Below are positions 26,501 through 35,376 of a stretch of 64,000 nucleotides of DNA, one piece after another. The translations under genes were made by a program, and so were the position numbers. This DNA is from Minisyncoccota bacterium (GTDB lineage Bacteria > Patescibacteriota > Minisyncoccia > Phycocordibacterales > UBA9973). Positions within the stretch are counted from its first letter, which is position 1. Every line of letters begins with the position of its first letter. The notes under the pieces were generated by a model. The model was not told the origin of the DNA, searched no databases, and saw only the letters and a list, made by a program, of their open reading frames with translations. The stretch spans positions 5,715 through 69,714 of the forward strand of contig JBAYHY010000001.1 in NCBI GenBank assembly GCA_041665885.1. Reading direction: 5' to 3'.

Positions 26501-26692
26501 GTGATGAAAGTGCGAATCAAAATTACCAGCCCCAAAAACGTAAGCCTCGAAGAACTCAAAACTATCTTCGGAGAATCGGTCTCCCGTGATGAAAAGGAGA
26601 AAGATATCTTCTCGGTTACCGGGAAAAAGATAAAGGAGATCACCGAAGGCTTGCGAGCCGCGGAAGTCGGTTTTCGGATCCTTTACCTGTAG
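26501..26692 (+). CDS. Hypothetical small protein
   Basis: 63 aa with a GTG/ATG start immediately after the previous stop (MKVRIKITSPKNVSLEEL...). GC is elevated. Confidence 0.4.
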   Translation: MMKVRIKITSPKNVSLEELKTIFGESVSRDEKEKDIFSVTGKKIKEITEGLRAAEVGFRILYL

Positions 26693-26713
26693 GGAGAACG
26701 ACGAAACACTGGG

Positions 26714-26890
26714 TTGACTTTCTACGTCAAATTTTGTATACTGTAATTCCTCCTTTCCGTGGATCCCAACCAGCCATTAGGGGATAAAGGTTTTGTCCTT
26801 AAGCCTCTTAGCCCAAAGCGTGGGCAGAGGGACCTCCTCGAAAACTGGTTGGGATCCACACCCACAATTTGTTCTTTGTTTTAATTTCAT
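26714..26890 (+). ncRNA. Candidate sRNA: consensus promoter (TTGACT-17-TATACT) + 15-bp perfect inverted repeat enclosing ~70 nt + U-rich tail; carries two CCUCCU (anti-SD-like) motifs
   Basis: The -35 is at 26714-26719 and the -10 at 26737-26742. The inverted repeat GTGGATCCCAACCAG (26759-26773) pairs with CTGGTTGGGATCCAC (26845-26859). The T-rich tract 26860-26890 follows. The predicted 5' end reads UUCCUCCUUUCC and GGACCUCCUCG is internal. Confidence 0.4.
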
Positions 26891-26910
26891 CAATCCGGCG
26901 CTCAGGCGCC

Positions 26911-26940
26911 ATAAAAATACCCCGGCTTCAATGCTGGGGT
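26911..26940 (-). terminator. Intrinsic terminator of lysS (ACCCCAGC...GCCGGGGT + U-tract on minus strand)
   Basis: The hairpin lies at 26919-26940. On the minus strand it is followed by AUUUUUAU. Confidence 0.6.
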
Positions 26941-26961
26941 ATCGTTCGTTTTGGGAAATTT

Positions 26962-28425
26962 CTATTCTAAATTTTTCGGTCGCATTAAAGGAAAAAGTTG
27001 AGTTTCTCGAACCGGCTTATCTACAAGAAACGCAAAAAATCTTTCTCCGAAGCCGAAACCGAAACAAGGGGGCATTCCATATTCAAGCATCTCCACAAAT
27101 TCCATGTCCGGCATCATTGCCTCCTCATCCCCTTCCATAATTAATTTCTTTTGTACTAGAAAACGCTCTTCCTGATCTAAAGGATTGTTGAGTTCTGCGT
27201 GCGCTCGGCCGATTTCACTTCCGGCGATTATGACTTGGAACATTTCTGTTTTTCTCTCATCATCTTTATTTTCCTTGGAAAGCGGGGCCACGAGCTTCGG
27301 ATGGTTTATGAGATAAACTGGGCCGGAAATATTCTTGCGACAATATTTCCAAAGTGAATCAGTCATCCTTTCTCTATTTTTGCCCTCAAACTCTACGCCT
27401 AATTTTTTAAGCGCCTGCTCCATTTTATCTTCCGAATCCTCGAGCACATCGATACCGGTTTGTTTTTTTACCTCTTCCACATAATCTACATCTTTCCAAT
27501 CATCAGCTAAATCAAACTTATGCCCCCTGGTTTCAAATGCTGTTTTGCCGAAAACATCCTCCGCTATTTTTATGTACAAATCTCTTACCAATTTTTTACC
27601 TTCTTCCGTATTCATGTATGAAGCATAAAATTCCATATTGGTAAATTCTTGGAGGTGTTCTGCACTTCCTCCTTCGTTTCTATACACTCTACCTATCTCA
27701 AAAGTTTTTGGGAATCCTGCCGCCATCAATCTCTTCTGCCACAACTCCCCGACAGAGATTCGAAGAAAAACATTAATATCAAAATCATTATGGTGTGTTT
27801 TAAATGGTCTAGCCTCCGCCCCCCCGGTGGTAATCTCTAAAGTGGGGGTTTCAACTTCCATAAACCCTTTGTCCTTTAAGAAATTTCTGGTTGTCGTCCA
27901 AAATTTCTCTTTTTTCTCAAAAATTTCCTTGAGTTCTGAATCCATCAACATATCCAAATAACGTTTTCGAAACCTTTCCTCTACGTCGACTAACCCATGC
28001 CATTTCTCAGGCAATGGGCGCAGGCTCTTCGCAAGCATACGCCAATCTTTCATTTCTACTGTTCTCTCTCCTCTGTTGGTTTTGAAAAAGGATCCTTGTA
28101 TTTCTACAAAATCCCCAATATCGACGACCTCATTCCAAAAATCGAATTTCTCATCCCCGATGACATCTTTCTTGAGAAGTCCTTGAAAAGTTCCCGTACC
28201 GTCGTTTAAGGTAATAAAAACAATCGCCCCTTGGCCACGGATAGACATGATTCTTCCGGCAACCCATTTTTCTCCTTTATTCTTTTCCAAGTCGTCAAAA
28301 ATACTTACGGCTTCCCGTAAAGTTATTTCCCTTTTTGAATCCGAGGGATATGGATTCATCCCCTTATCTTTTAAGAGTTTGAGTTTTTCTATTCTAGTGT
28401 CCCTAATTTCATCAATTGAAGACAT
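26962..28425 (-). CDS. lysS: Lysine--tRNA ligase (class II)
   Basis: 487 aa with an N-terminal OB anticodon-binding domain and class II motifs (FEIGRVYRNEG, GGSAEH..., GFGFGERF). Confidence 0.9.
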   Translation of the reverse strand: MSSIDEIRDTRIEKLKLLKDKGMNPYPSDSKREITLREAVSIFDDLEKNKGEKWVAGRIMSIRGQGAIVFITLNDGTGTFQGLLKKDVIGDEKFDFWNEVVDIGDFVEIQGSFFKTNRGERTVEMKDWRMLAKSLRPLPEKWHGLVDVEERFRKRYLDMLMDSELKEIFEKKEKFWTTTRNFLKDKGFMEVETPTLEITTGGAEARPFKTHHNDFDINVFLRISVGELWQKRLMAAGFPKTFEIGRVYRNEGGSAEHLQEFTNMEFYASYMNTEEGKKLVRDLYIKIAEDVFGKTAFETRGHKFDLADDWKDVDYVEEVKKQTGIDVLEDSEDKMEQALKKLGVEFEGKNRERMTDSLWKYCRKNISGPVYLINHPKLVAPLSKENKDDERKTEMFQVIIAGSEIGRAHAELNNPLDQEERFLVQKKLIMEGDEEAMMPDMEFVEMLEYGMPPCFGFGFGERFFAFLVDKPVRETQLFPLMRPKNLE

Positions 28426-28455
28426 TTTAATTTATCCGCCTCGAGCGGAAAATTT

Positions 28456-28923
28456 TTATGAAACGTTTATTATTTTATAATCGACAACACCATTGGGAGT
28501 TTTGAAGGAAACATCGTCTCCTTTCTTTTTTCCGAAAAGAGCCTTGCCAAAAGGTGAGCGATTCGAAATATTTCCTTTTGCCATGTCGGCCTCTTCAGAT
28601 CCTACTATAACATAATTTTTTTGTTCTTGAGAGCCCTTCTTCTGCACCACAACCTTGGACCCGACCTCAACCGTATCTCCGCCACCTCCTTTCACCACCT
28701 GAGATGATTGCAAAATTTTCTCAATTTTAATAATCCGCTCTTCGAGCTTACCCTGATCCTCCCTAGCTTGATGATATTCGGCATTTTCTGATAAATCACC
28801 CAGCGACTTCGCGTACTCTAAAGTTTTCAGAATCTCTTTCCTCTCTGGGCCCTTTAAGTTCTTGAGTTCCGCCAAAAGGGCTTCTTTCTTTTCTTCAGTT
28901 ATATAATCTCCTGATTGGTTCAT
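28456..28923 (-). CDS. greA: Transcription elongation factor GreA
   Basis: 155 aa with an N-terminal coiled coil and a C-terminal FKBP-like domain (YVIVGSEEAD). Confidence 0.9.
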   Translation of the reverse strand: MNQSGDYITEEKKEALLAELKNLKGPERKEILKTLEYAKSLGDLSENAEYHQAREDQGKLEERIIKIEKILQSSQVVKGGGGDTVEVGSKVVVQKKGSQEQKNYVIVGSEEADMAKGNISNRSPFGKALFGKKKGDDVSFKTPNGVVDYKIINVS

Positions 28924-29085
28924 TTTGCTTCAATATTCGAAAATGATAATAAAAAACGACTAAATCCCGTCGATAAGACAAACGGGATTCATAACTTCAT
29001 CTTACTTTTTTTTATGAAAAAGTCAACAAAAAGTCATCCAAAAAGACAATGAACTTCTCTGGACATCGTCTTAGACAAAGTTAAT

Positions 29086-30000
29086 TTAGTAGTAATTTTT
29101 CGATAAATAGGCTCGTCCGGAATCTGCAAAAATCACTACAGCCAAATCATCTTTGGTAAGTTTATCTGCGTAAGTTGAAATTGCGTGAGCGACTGCCCCG
29201 CCACTTGTGCCCAAAAAAAGACCATATTTAGAAGCCATTATTTTGAGCATAGCAAAGCTCTCTGCATCAGAAATTGGAATGAATTCATCAATGACAGATT
29301 CGTTAAGACAGGGAGTTTCAAAATCAATTCCGATACCTTCCATTTTGTATGGTTTCGGATTTCCTTTTGTAGAATGAAAAGAATTATCCACATCGACGGC
29401 GATAACCTTAATTTGAGGATTTTTTTCTTTCAAAAACTTCCCCACTCCGCTAATTGTCCCTCCCGTTCCGGCAGCCGCAAAAAAATGGGTTATCTTTCCC
29501 TTGGTTTGTTCCCAAATCTCTGGCCCCAGGGTCTCATAATATGCTTCCGGGTTAGAAAGGTTAAAATATTGATTCGGCACAAAAGAGTTCGGAATTTCTT
29601 TTTGTAAAACGAATGGTCGCGTGTGATAATTTTCCGGATCATCTAGCGGAACGTTCGGGCAAACAATAGCCTCCGCCCCATAGGCTTTTAGGGTTTTTAT
29701 TTTCTCTTCACTTACTTTATCTGAAACTGTGATAATAACTTTATAACCCTTCACAGCTCCGATCATCGCTATCGCGACACCCTGGTTGCCAGACGAGGCT
29801 TCGATGATGGTTCCACCCGGTTTCAATAATCCATTTCTCTCCGCTTCTTCAATCATAAATAAAGCTGAACGATCCTTTACGCTTCCTCCGGGATTCAAAT
29901 ATTCCAATTTGGCAAAAATCCGACCCGGAGCATCAAAAGGAATTTTTACCAAAGGCGTATTGCCAATAAAATCAAGTACGTTGTTTGTCGATTTTCTCAT
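29086..30000 (-). CDS. cysK: Cysteine synthase / O-acetylserine sulfhydrylase family PLP enzyme
   Basis: 304 aa with the PLP-lysine motif (GGSVKDR), the Gly loop (AAAGTGGTISG), and an SGNQG motif. Confidence 0.75.
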   Translation of the reverse strand: MRKSTNNVLDFIGNTPLVKIPFDAPGRIFAKLEYLNPGGSVKDRSALFMIEEAERNGLLKPGGTIIEASSGNQGVAIAMIGAVKGYKVIITVSDKVSEEKIKTLKAYGAEAIVCPNVPLDDPENYHTRPFVLQKEIPNSFVPNQYFNLSNPEAYYETLGPEIWEQTKGKITHFFAAAGTGGTISGVGKFLKEKNPQIKVIAVDVDNSFHSTKGNPKPYKMEGIGIDFETPCLNESVIDEFIPISDAESFAMLKIMASKYGLFLGTSGGAVAHAISTYADKLTKDDLAVVIFADSGRAYLSKNYY

Positions 30001-30093
30001 TTTTTAATTATCTTTTGTTTTTAAGTAAGTGTGAAGTTTTTTAACGTTTATATTAAAATTTGGACATTTTGTAAAATCTGTTAAAATTATACA

Positions 30094-30759
30094 ATGATCA
30101 AAATCCAACCCATCGTGAGAAATATCATTTTAGGAGAGTTCGAAGCATATTTCTCCCTGACAAACGGTTATATGAACATGAGTAGTTATGCACACCGCAT
30201 TCGTCCGCGGGTGGAATTGCTCACCAAGAAACAGGTAACCATCACTAGCCTGGTGGTTTCTCTATCTCGCCTAAAAAAAGAATTCAAAAAAGAAAAGCCC
30301 CTCATCCGCGAAGTATCCATAAAAAACATTACCACCAAACTCCCCCTCTCGGAAATTGTTTATGAAAATACCGAGAAGTTTATGGAAAAATTTGAATCAC
30401 TTCATAAAAAGATTGCCATCGCCCATGAGGATTTTTTTATTGCTACTATCGGCACGAATGAAATAAACATAATTATCTCATCGAACCTAGTCACTAAAAT
30501 AATGAAACACCTCGAAGTAAAACCAAAAATCACCAACCACAACTTTGCGGCAGTGGCAATTTCCCTGAGCCCTGAACACTTCAGCATACCGAATACTTTT
30601 TTCTCTCTTTTATCAGTAACCGCTCGGGCCCAAATAAATATCGAGGAATTGGTCTCTACTTCTACCGAACTCATCTTTGTTGTCGCGGAAAAAGACTTCG
30701 GTAAAACGGTTGCCCTTTTTTCGGATTTACACAGAGAAAACAACGCAAAAGAATCTTAA
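30094..30759 (+). CDS. Hypothetical protein
   Basis: 221-aa ORF upstream of rpsU-ybeY-ftsA-ftsZ with no recognisable motif. Confidence 0.4.
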   Translation: MIKIQPIVRNIILGEFEAYFSLTNGYMNMSSYAHRIRPRVELLTKKQVTITSLVVSLSRLKKEFKKEKPLIREVSIKNITTKLPLSEIVYENTEKFMEKFESLHKKIAIAHEDFFIATIGTNEINIIISSNLVTKIMKHLEVKPKITNHNFAAVAISLSPEHFSIPNTFFSLLSVTARAQINIEELVSTSTELIFVVAEKDFGKTVALFSDLHRENNAKES

Positions 30760-30801
30760 ACAACTTGCTTTAAAAAGAAAATATGATATTCTTTGAAACA
30801 T

Positions 30802-31035
30802 ATGGCAAAAACAGTAATAGAAATTAGAAAAAACCCAAACGAAAATAATGCGAGCGTTTTACGCCGTTTTTCACGACGAATCCAGGAATCCGGCATCATC
30901 CGCAAAGTTAAGGGTTCTCGCTACAACATCCGAAAAGAATCCAAGCTCAAAATTAAGAAAAGCGCGCTAAAGAAGATGGGAAGAAGAAAAGAAATAGAGA
31001 AACTTCGCAAGCTGGGCAAAATGGCGTCCAGATAA
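30802..31035 (+). CDS. rpsU: 30S ribosomal protein S21
   Basis: The S21 pattern is present (MAKTVIEIRKNPNENNASVLRRFSRRIQESGIIRKVKGSRYNIRKESK...). The track ORF starts 9 nt earlier, at 30793. Confidence 0.75.
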   Translation: MAKTVIEIRKNPNENNASVLRRFSRRIQESGIIRKVKGSRYNIRKESKLKIKKSALKKMGRRKEIEKLRKLGKMASR

Positions 31036-31039
31036 AACC

Positions 31040-31492
31040 ATGGAGGAATCTTTTTTTTTAACAAACACTACTCGGGGCAAGCTTCCAAACTTGCCTTTTA
31101 AGGTAATAAAGAAGGATATTCTAGGGGAAAAATATTATTTATCTATCGCCTATGTCAATGAGAAAACTTCTCAGAAAATAAATAAACTTTACAGAAACAT
31201 AAACAAACCGACAAACATACTGTCGTTTCTTTTGCGCAAGGATCAGGGTGAAATAATCCTTTGTCCACGCGTTATTAAGAAAGAGGCTAAAAATTTTGGA
31301 AAAACCCCACGGTTATTTTTGGGCTTTTTAGTTATTCACGGGATGCTTCATTTGAAAGGTTTCGAACATAGTAGTAGAATGGAGACAGCGGAAAAAAAAT
31401 ATTATGAGAAATATTTCTGTCGGGATAGATGTCGGATCATCCACCACCCGGGTGGTGGTAGGAGAATTTTTAAAAGGAGAAAAAAATCCTAA
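31040..31492 (+). CDS. ybeY: Endoribonuclease YbeY (rRNA maturation factor)
   Basis: The H3 motif HGMLHLKGFEH is present. The 3' end overlaps ftsA by 89 nt, which is unusual; the last ~25 aa are low-complexity. Confidence 0.75.
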   Translation: MEESFFLTNTTRGKLPNLPFKVIKKDILGEKYYLSIAYVNEKTSQKINKLYRNINKPTNILSFLLRKDQGEIILCPRVIKKEAKNFGKTPRLFLGFLVIHGMLHLKGFEHSSRMETAEKKYYEKYFCRDRCRIIHHPGGGRRIFKRRKKS

Positions 31493-32564
31493 AATTATTG
31501 GCGTGGGAGAAAATGCCACTCGCGGGGTAAGACATGGCTACGTCATCAACGAAACCCAGGCGGCAAATTCTGTAAAGGAAGCCGTCCTGCTAGCTGAAAA
31601 ATCTTCAGGCATAAAAATCAAAAGGGCTTTTGTCTCCCTCTCTGGCACAACCCTGCGGGGGGAAATAAGCTCCGGGGAAACCATTGTCTCAAAAGCAAAT
31701 AGCGAAGTTACCGCCCTAGATGTCAACAAAGCACTACAGGATTGCGAAGATAATTTAAGCCTTGGAAATAAGAAAATTATACATGTGTACCCCCTCTCCT
31801 TTCGCCTGGACGGAAAAGAAACACAAGGTCGCCTCGAAGGCCTGCGCGGAACAAAACTTGAAGCGAAAGCCTTTTTTGTTACCTATTCTATCGTCCATTT
31901 GGAGGATTTACTTGGAGTAATAGCAGAAGCCGGAGTAGAAACGATAGACGTAATCGCCTCCCCGGTAGCTTTGAGTAATCTTGTTTTATCCGAGAAACAA
32001 AAAATCGTCGGGGTGGCGCTAGTCAACATCGGAGACCAAACTACTTCCCTTTCCGTCTTCGAAAACGGTACCTTAGTGTCAATTCACGCTTTTTCCATCG
32101 GTTCCGGAGAAATCACCAATGACATTGCCCTGGGATTTAAAATACCACTTGAAAAAGCCGACACCCTAAAACTTGGAAACCTCACCGAAGAATTTTCAAA
32201 GAAAAAACTCGACGAAATAATCGACGCCCGCCTCTGCGATATTTTTGAATCGGCTGAAAATAATTTAAAAAAGATAAAGCGAGCAGAACTTCTGCCGGCT
32301 GGTATCGTTTTTACCGGCGGTGGAGCAAATACCCCGGGAATAGTAGAACTGTCAAAATCAATTTTGAAACTTCCCTCGAGCATCGGGACGACCGATTTTT
32401 TTAACAACAACAAAACCAAACTCCGCGACCCTGCTTGGTTCACAGCCCTCGGTTTATTAATCTCCGGCAAAGACGGCGAAAATTACTCGGACGGTTCTCT
32501 CAAAAATATTTTTAAAGATGTAAAAAACACAATAAAATCAAGCCTAAAACAACTGATGCCATAA
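31404..32564 (+). CDS. ftsA: Cell division protein FtsA
   Basis: 386 aa actin-like ATPase with an N-terminal VGIDVGSSTTRVVVGE motif. Confidence 0.9.
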   Translation: MRNISVGIDVGSSTTRVVVGEFLKGEKNPKIIGVGENATRGVRHGYVINETQAANSVKEAVLLAEKSSGIKIKRAFVSLSGTTLRGEISSGETIVSKANSEVTALDVNKALQDCEDNLSLGNKKIIHVYPLSFRLDGKETQGRLEGLRGTKLEAKAFFVTYSIVHLEDLLGVIAEAGVETIDVIASPVALSNLVLSEKQKIVGVALVNIGDQTTSLSVFENGTLVSIHAFSIGSGEITNDIALGFKIPLEKADTLKLGNLTEEFSKKKLDEIIDARLCDIFESAENNLKKIKRAELLPAGIVFTGGGANTPGIVELSKSILKLPSSIGTTDFFNNNKTKLRDPAWFTALGLLISGKDGENYSDGSLKNIFKDVKNTIKSSLKQLMP

Positions 32565-32702
32565 AATAATATCTTCGTTCAAAAACAACGCAAAGAGATA
32601 AACTTTGCTTTTTTTCATCCTAGTGTTAGTATGATTTCATACAAGTCCTGACCAAGAGTTGGGATCCCGAACGTAGTCGAGGGATTAATATTTTTTTTAA
32701 TT

Positions 32703-33902
32703 ATGCCAAAAATAAATCAAGAGATACAAAGCTTCGCTCGCATTATGGTAATCGGAATCGGTGGGTCTGGAAAAAATGCCGTAAACCACATGATAAATTC
32801 CAAAGTAAAAGGTGTCTCTTTTATTTGCATGAATACCGATACCCAGGACTTACATCACTCCTTGGCAGAAAAAAAGATTCATATAGGAAAAAATTTAACT
32901 AAAGGTCTCGGTGCCGGTATGGATCCGGAGGTTGGAAAAAAGGCCGCCGAAGAAACTAAATCCGAAATCCAAGATGTCGTAAAAGGAGCAGACATGATTT
33001 TCCTTGCTTGCGGAATGGGAGGAGGCACAGGAACAGGAGCAGCCCCGATTGTCGCGAGAGCAGCCAGAGAGCAAGGAATACTTACTGTCGCTGTTACCAC
33101 CAAGCCTTTCTTCTTTGAGGGTAATCATCGAATGAAAATCGCCGAAAAGGGTATTGAAGAGTTGGCCAAAGAAGTCGACGCGATTATTGTCGTTCCGAAT
33201 GACAAATTACTTCAATTGGCTGAACAAAACACCAATTTCAAAGATGCCTTCGCTAAATGTGATGACATTTTACGTCAAGCCGTTGAGGGCATTTCCGATC
33301 TAATCACTACCCCGGGAGTAATAAATGTTGATTTTGCTGATATTAAAGCGGTAATGGCTAATGCGGGTTCGGCCCTAATGGGCATCGGCAGCGCCTCGGG
33401 AGAAAAACGCGCTGAGACAGCCGCCTTGGCCGCCATCAATTCCCCACTGCTCGAAGTTTCGATTCACGGTGCCAAGGGGGTACTTTTCGCTATCTCCGGC
33501 GGAGATGATTTAACGATTAACGAAATCCAAGAAGCAGCAAAAATAATTACCGAGTCAATCGACAAGGACGCGAAAGTAATTTTCGGTACGATTCGTGACG
33601 AAAAATTGAAAAAAGGAGAAATCAAAGTTACCGTCATCGCCACCAACTTCCCTGCTGATTTGCCTCGCAAGAATCTTTTCAGTGGAACGATTGGAGGGCA
33701 ACTTTTAAAAGACGAAAGTCCAGCGGTGATAAAAAAAGAAATAAATAATAGTTTACAAAATGGAAATACGAGTAATGGAAATGTGAGCAGTAGCGATTTT
33801 ATAAAAAGAGTTGAAAAAAAGGAAATCAAAGAAGACATCATAGAAGATGATGGCGACGACTGGAGCGCGGTGCCGGCTTTTTTAAGACGCAACAAAAAAT
33901 AA
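32703..33902 (+). CDS. ftsZ: Cell division protein FtsZ
   Basis: The tubulin signature GGGTGTGAAP is present, with IGIGGSGKNAV at the N-terminus. Confidence 0.95.
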   Translation: MPKINQEIQSFARIMVIGIGGSGKNAVNHMINSKVKGVSFICMNTDTQDLHHSLAEKKIHIGKNLTKGLGAGMDPEVGKKAAEETKSEIQDVVKGADMIFLACGMGGGTGTGAAPIVARAAREQGILTVAVTTKPFFFEGNHRMKIAEKGIEELAKEVDAIIVVPNDKLLQLAEQNTNFKDAFAKCDDILRQAVEGISDLITTPGVINVDFADIKAVMANAGSALMGIGSASGEKRAETAALAAINSPLLEVSIHGAKGVLFAISGGDDLTINEIQEAAKIITESIDKDAKVIFGTIRDEKLKKGEIKVTVIATNFPADLPRKNLFSGTIGGQLLKDESPAVIKKEINNSLQNGNTSNGNVSSSDFIKRVEKKEIKEDIIEDDGDDWSAVPAFLRRNKK

Positions 33903-33933
33903 TAAAACTTGACACCTAGTGTATAATAGAGAG

Positions 33934-34860
33934 ATGACATACGATTTAATTATTATCGGTGGTGGACCGGCTGGTAGCGCAGCCTCTGTTTATGCTGCCC
34001 GCAAAAGATTAAAAACACTATTTATTACCTCGGAATGGGGAGGACAAAGTGTCGTCTCGGAACAGATTTATAACTGGATTGGCTCCCCTTCCATCTCTGG
34101 TAATGATTTGGCCTCAAATTTTAAAAAGCATGTATTAGCTAATGTGGGCGAGAGCTTGGAGGTAAAAGAAGGCCAAAGAGTAAATACCATTGCGAAGTCG
34201 GGTGAAGAATTTTCTGTAAAAACGGATACCGGAGAAGAATTTTTAACTAAAACAATTTTGATTGCTACCGGTAGCGGGCGCAGAAAACTCGAAGCAAAAA
34301 ACGCGGATAAATTTGAGAACAAAGGACTCACCTATTGCGCCACCTGCGATGGCCCTCTTTTTGCAGACATGGACGTAGCTGTCATCGGTGGAGGCAATGC
34401 CGCTTTCGAAAGCGCCGCCCAACTCCTGGCTTACTGTAAATCTGTCACCCTTATAAATAGAACAGATACTTTTCGTGCGGATGCGATAACAGTTGAAAAA
34501 GTTTTAAAAAATCCCAAAATGTCGGCATTAAAAAATATAGACATTTTAGAGATAAAAGGCGACAAATTTGTAGAAGGAATTATTTATAAAGATAAGGCTA
34601 CCAGCGCTGAAAAAGAGCTCAAGGTTTCTGGTATATTTGTAGAAATCGGACAAATTCCAAACACTGCTTTCGTTAAAGACATATTACCTCTTGATAAAAT
34701 AGGCAGAATTAAGATCGACGCTTGGAACCAAAAAACAGAAGTTCCGGGTATCTGGGCAGCCGGAGATTGCACCAATGTCTTGTATCATCAGAACAACATT
34801 GCCGCCGGCGATGCTGTTCGCGCACTCGAGGACATCTACCTGGCAATCCATACGAAATAG
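33934..34860 (+). CDS. trxB: Thioredoxin-disulfide reductase
   Basis: FAD (DLIIIGGGPAGSAA) and NAD (AVIGGGNAAFE) motifs and the redox-active CATCDG are present. The start was set at MTYDL; the track start at 33919 includes a TATAAT box. Confidence 0.85.
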   Translation: MTYDLIIIGGGPAGSAASVYAARKRLKTLFITSEWGGQSVVSEQIYNWIGSPSISGNDLASNFKKHVLANVGESLEVKEGQRVNTIAKSGEEFSVKTDTGEEFLTKTILIATGSGRRKLEAKNADKFENKGLTYCATCDGPLFADMDVAVIGGGNAAFESAAQLLAYCKSVTLINRTDTFRADAITVEKVLKNPKMSALKNIDILEIKGDKFVEGIIYKDKATSAEKELKVSGIFVEIGQIPNTAFVKDILPLDKIGRIKIDAWNQKTEVPGIWAAGDCTNVLYHQNNIAAGDAVRALEDIYLAIHTK

Positions 34861-34964
34861 TTTATAAACCTATCGTATTTGACTTAATTAGCATATGCGT
34901 GTTAAGGTTTTTTAAATCACAAGTAGTTCTGTTCGACCTGACCCAACAAACGAAGGAGGGGTAA

Positions 34965-35204
34965 ATGATAACGGAAATGCGTTGGCAAAAGTTAGTGCCT
35001 GGGGAGAAAATCCTTGATGTTTCGTTAGAAATTTGGGTGGTCATCCGAGGAGTCACTCACCGCGAGCCCGCGACCATCGTCGCGCGTTCTCCTCACAATG
35101 GAGAAGAAATCCGCCTAACCTGGAGCGAAGATTGGATCTATTATGGATTGGATCCAGTCAGGGTCCTGGAGACCAATTGCATCGCGGTCGTCCAGGTGAG
35201 ATGA
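34965..35204 (+). CDS. Hypothetical small protein (GC-elevated, self-contained expression unit)
   Basis: 79 aa with a strong SD (GAAGGAGGGG-N4-ATG) and a terminator immediately downstream. It abuts the 3' end of tRNA-Ser. Confidence 0.5.
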   Translation: MITEMRWQKLVPGEKILDVSLEIWVVIRGVTHREPATIVARSPHNGEEIRLTWSEDWIYYGLDPVRVLETNCIAVVQVR

Positions 35205-35225
35205 AAAGAAATTCGCATCGGAGCT

Positions 35226-35257
35226 AGGCCCCCTGGGGCCTGGCTCTTTTATTTTTT
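35226..35257 (+). terminator. Intrinsic terminator AGGCCCC-ct-GGGGCCT + T-tract
   Basis: Seen directly. Confidence 0.7.
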
Positions 35258-35269
35258 ATATCCAAAAAG

Positions 35270-35351
35270 CGGAGGGTACAGGGCTCGAACCTGTAAGGGC
35301 TTTCGCCCGCTGGTTTTCGAAACCAGTGCATTACCATTCTGCCAACCCTCC
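35270..35351 (-). tRNA. tRNA-Ser (anticodon CGA), class II with long variable arm
   Basis: The reverse complement reads GGAGGGU...CUGGU-UUCGAAA-ACCAG, with variable arm GGGCGAAAGCCC, T-arm ACAGG-UUCGAGC-CCUGU and discriminator G. Confidence 0.8.
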
Positions 35352-35376
35352 ATGTTCTCATGTTAAAACATATTAA

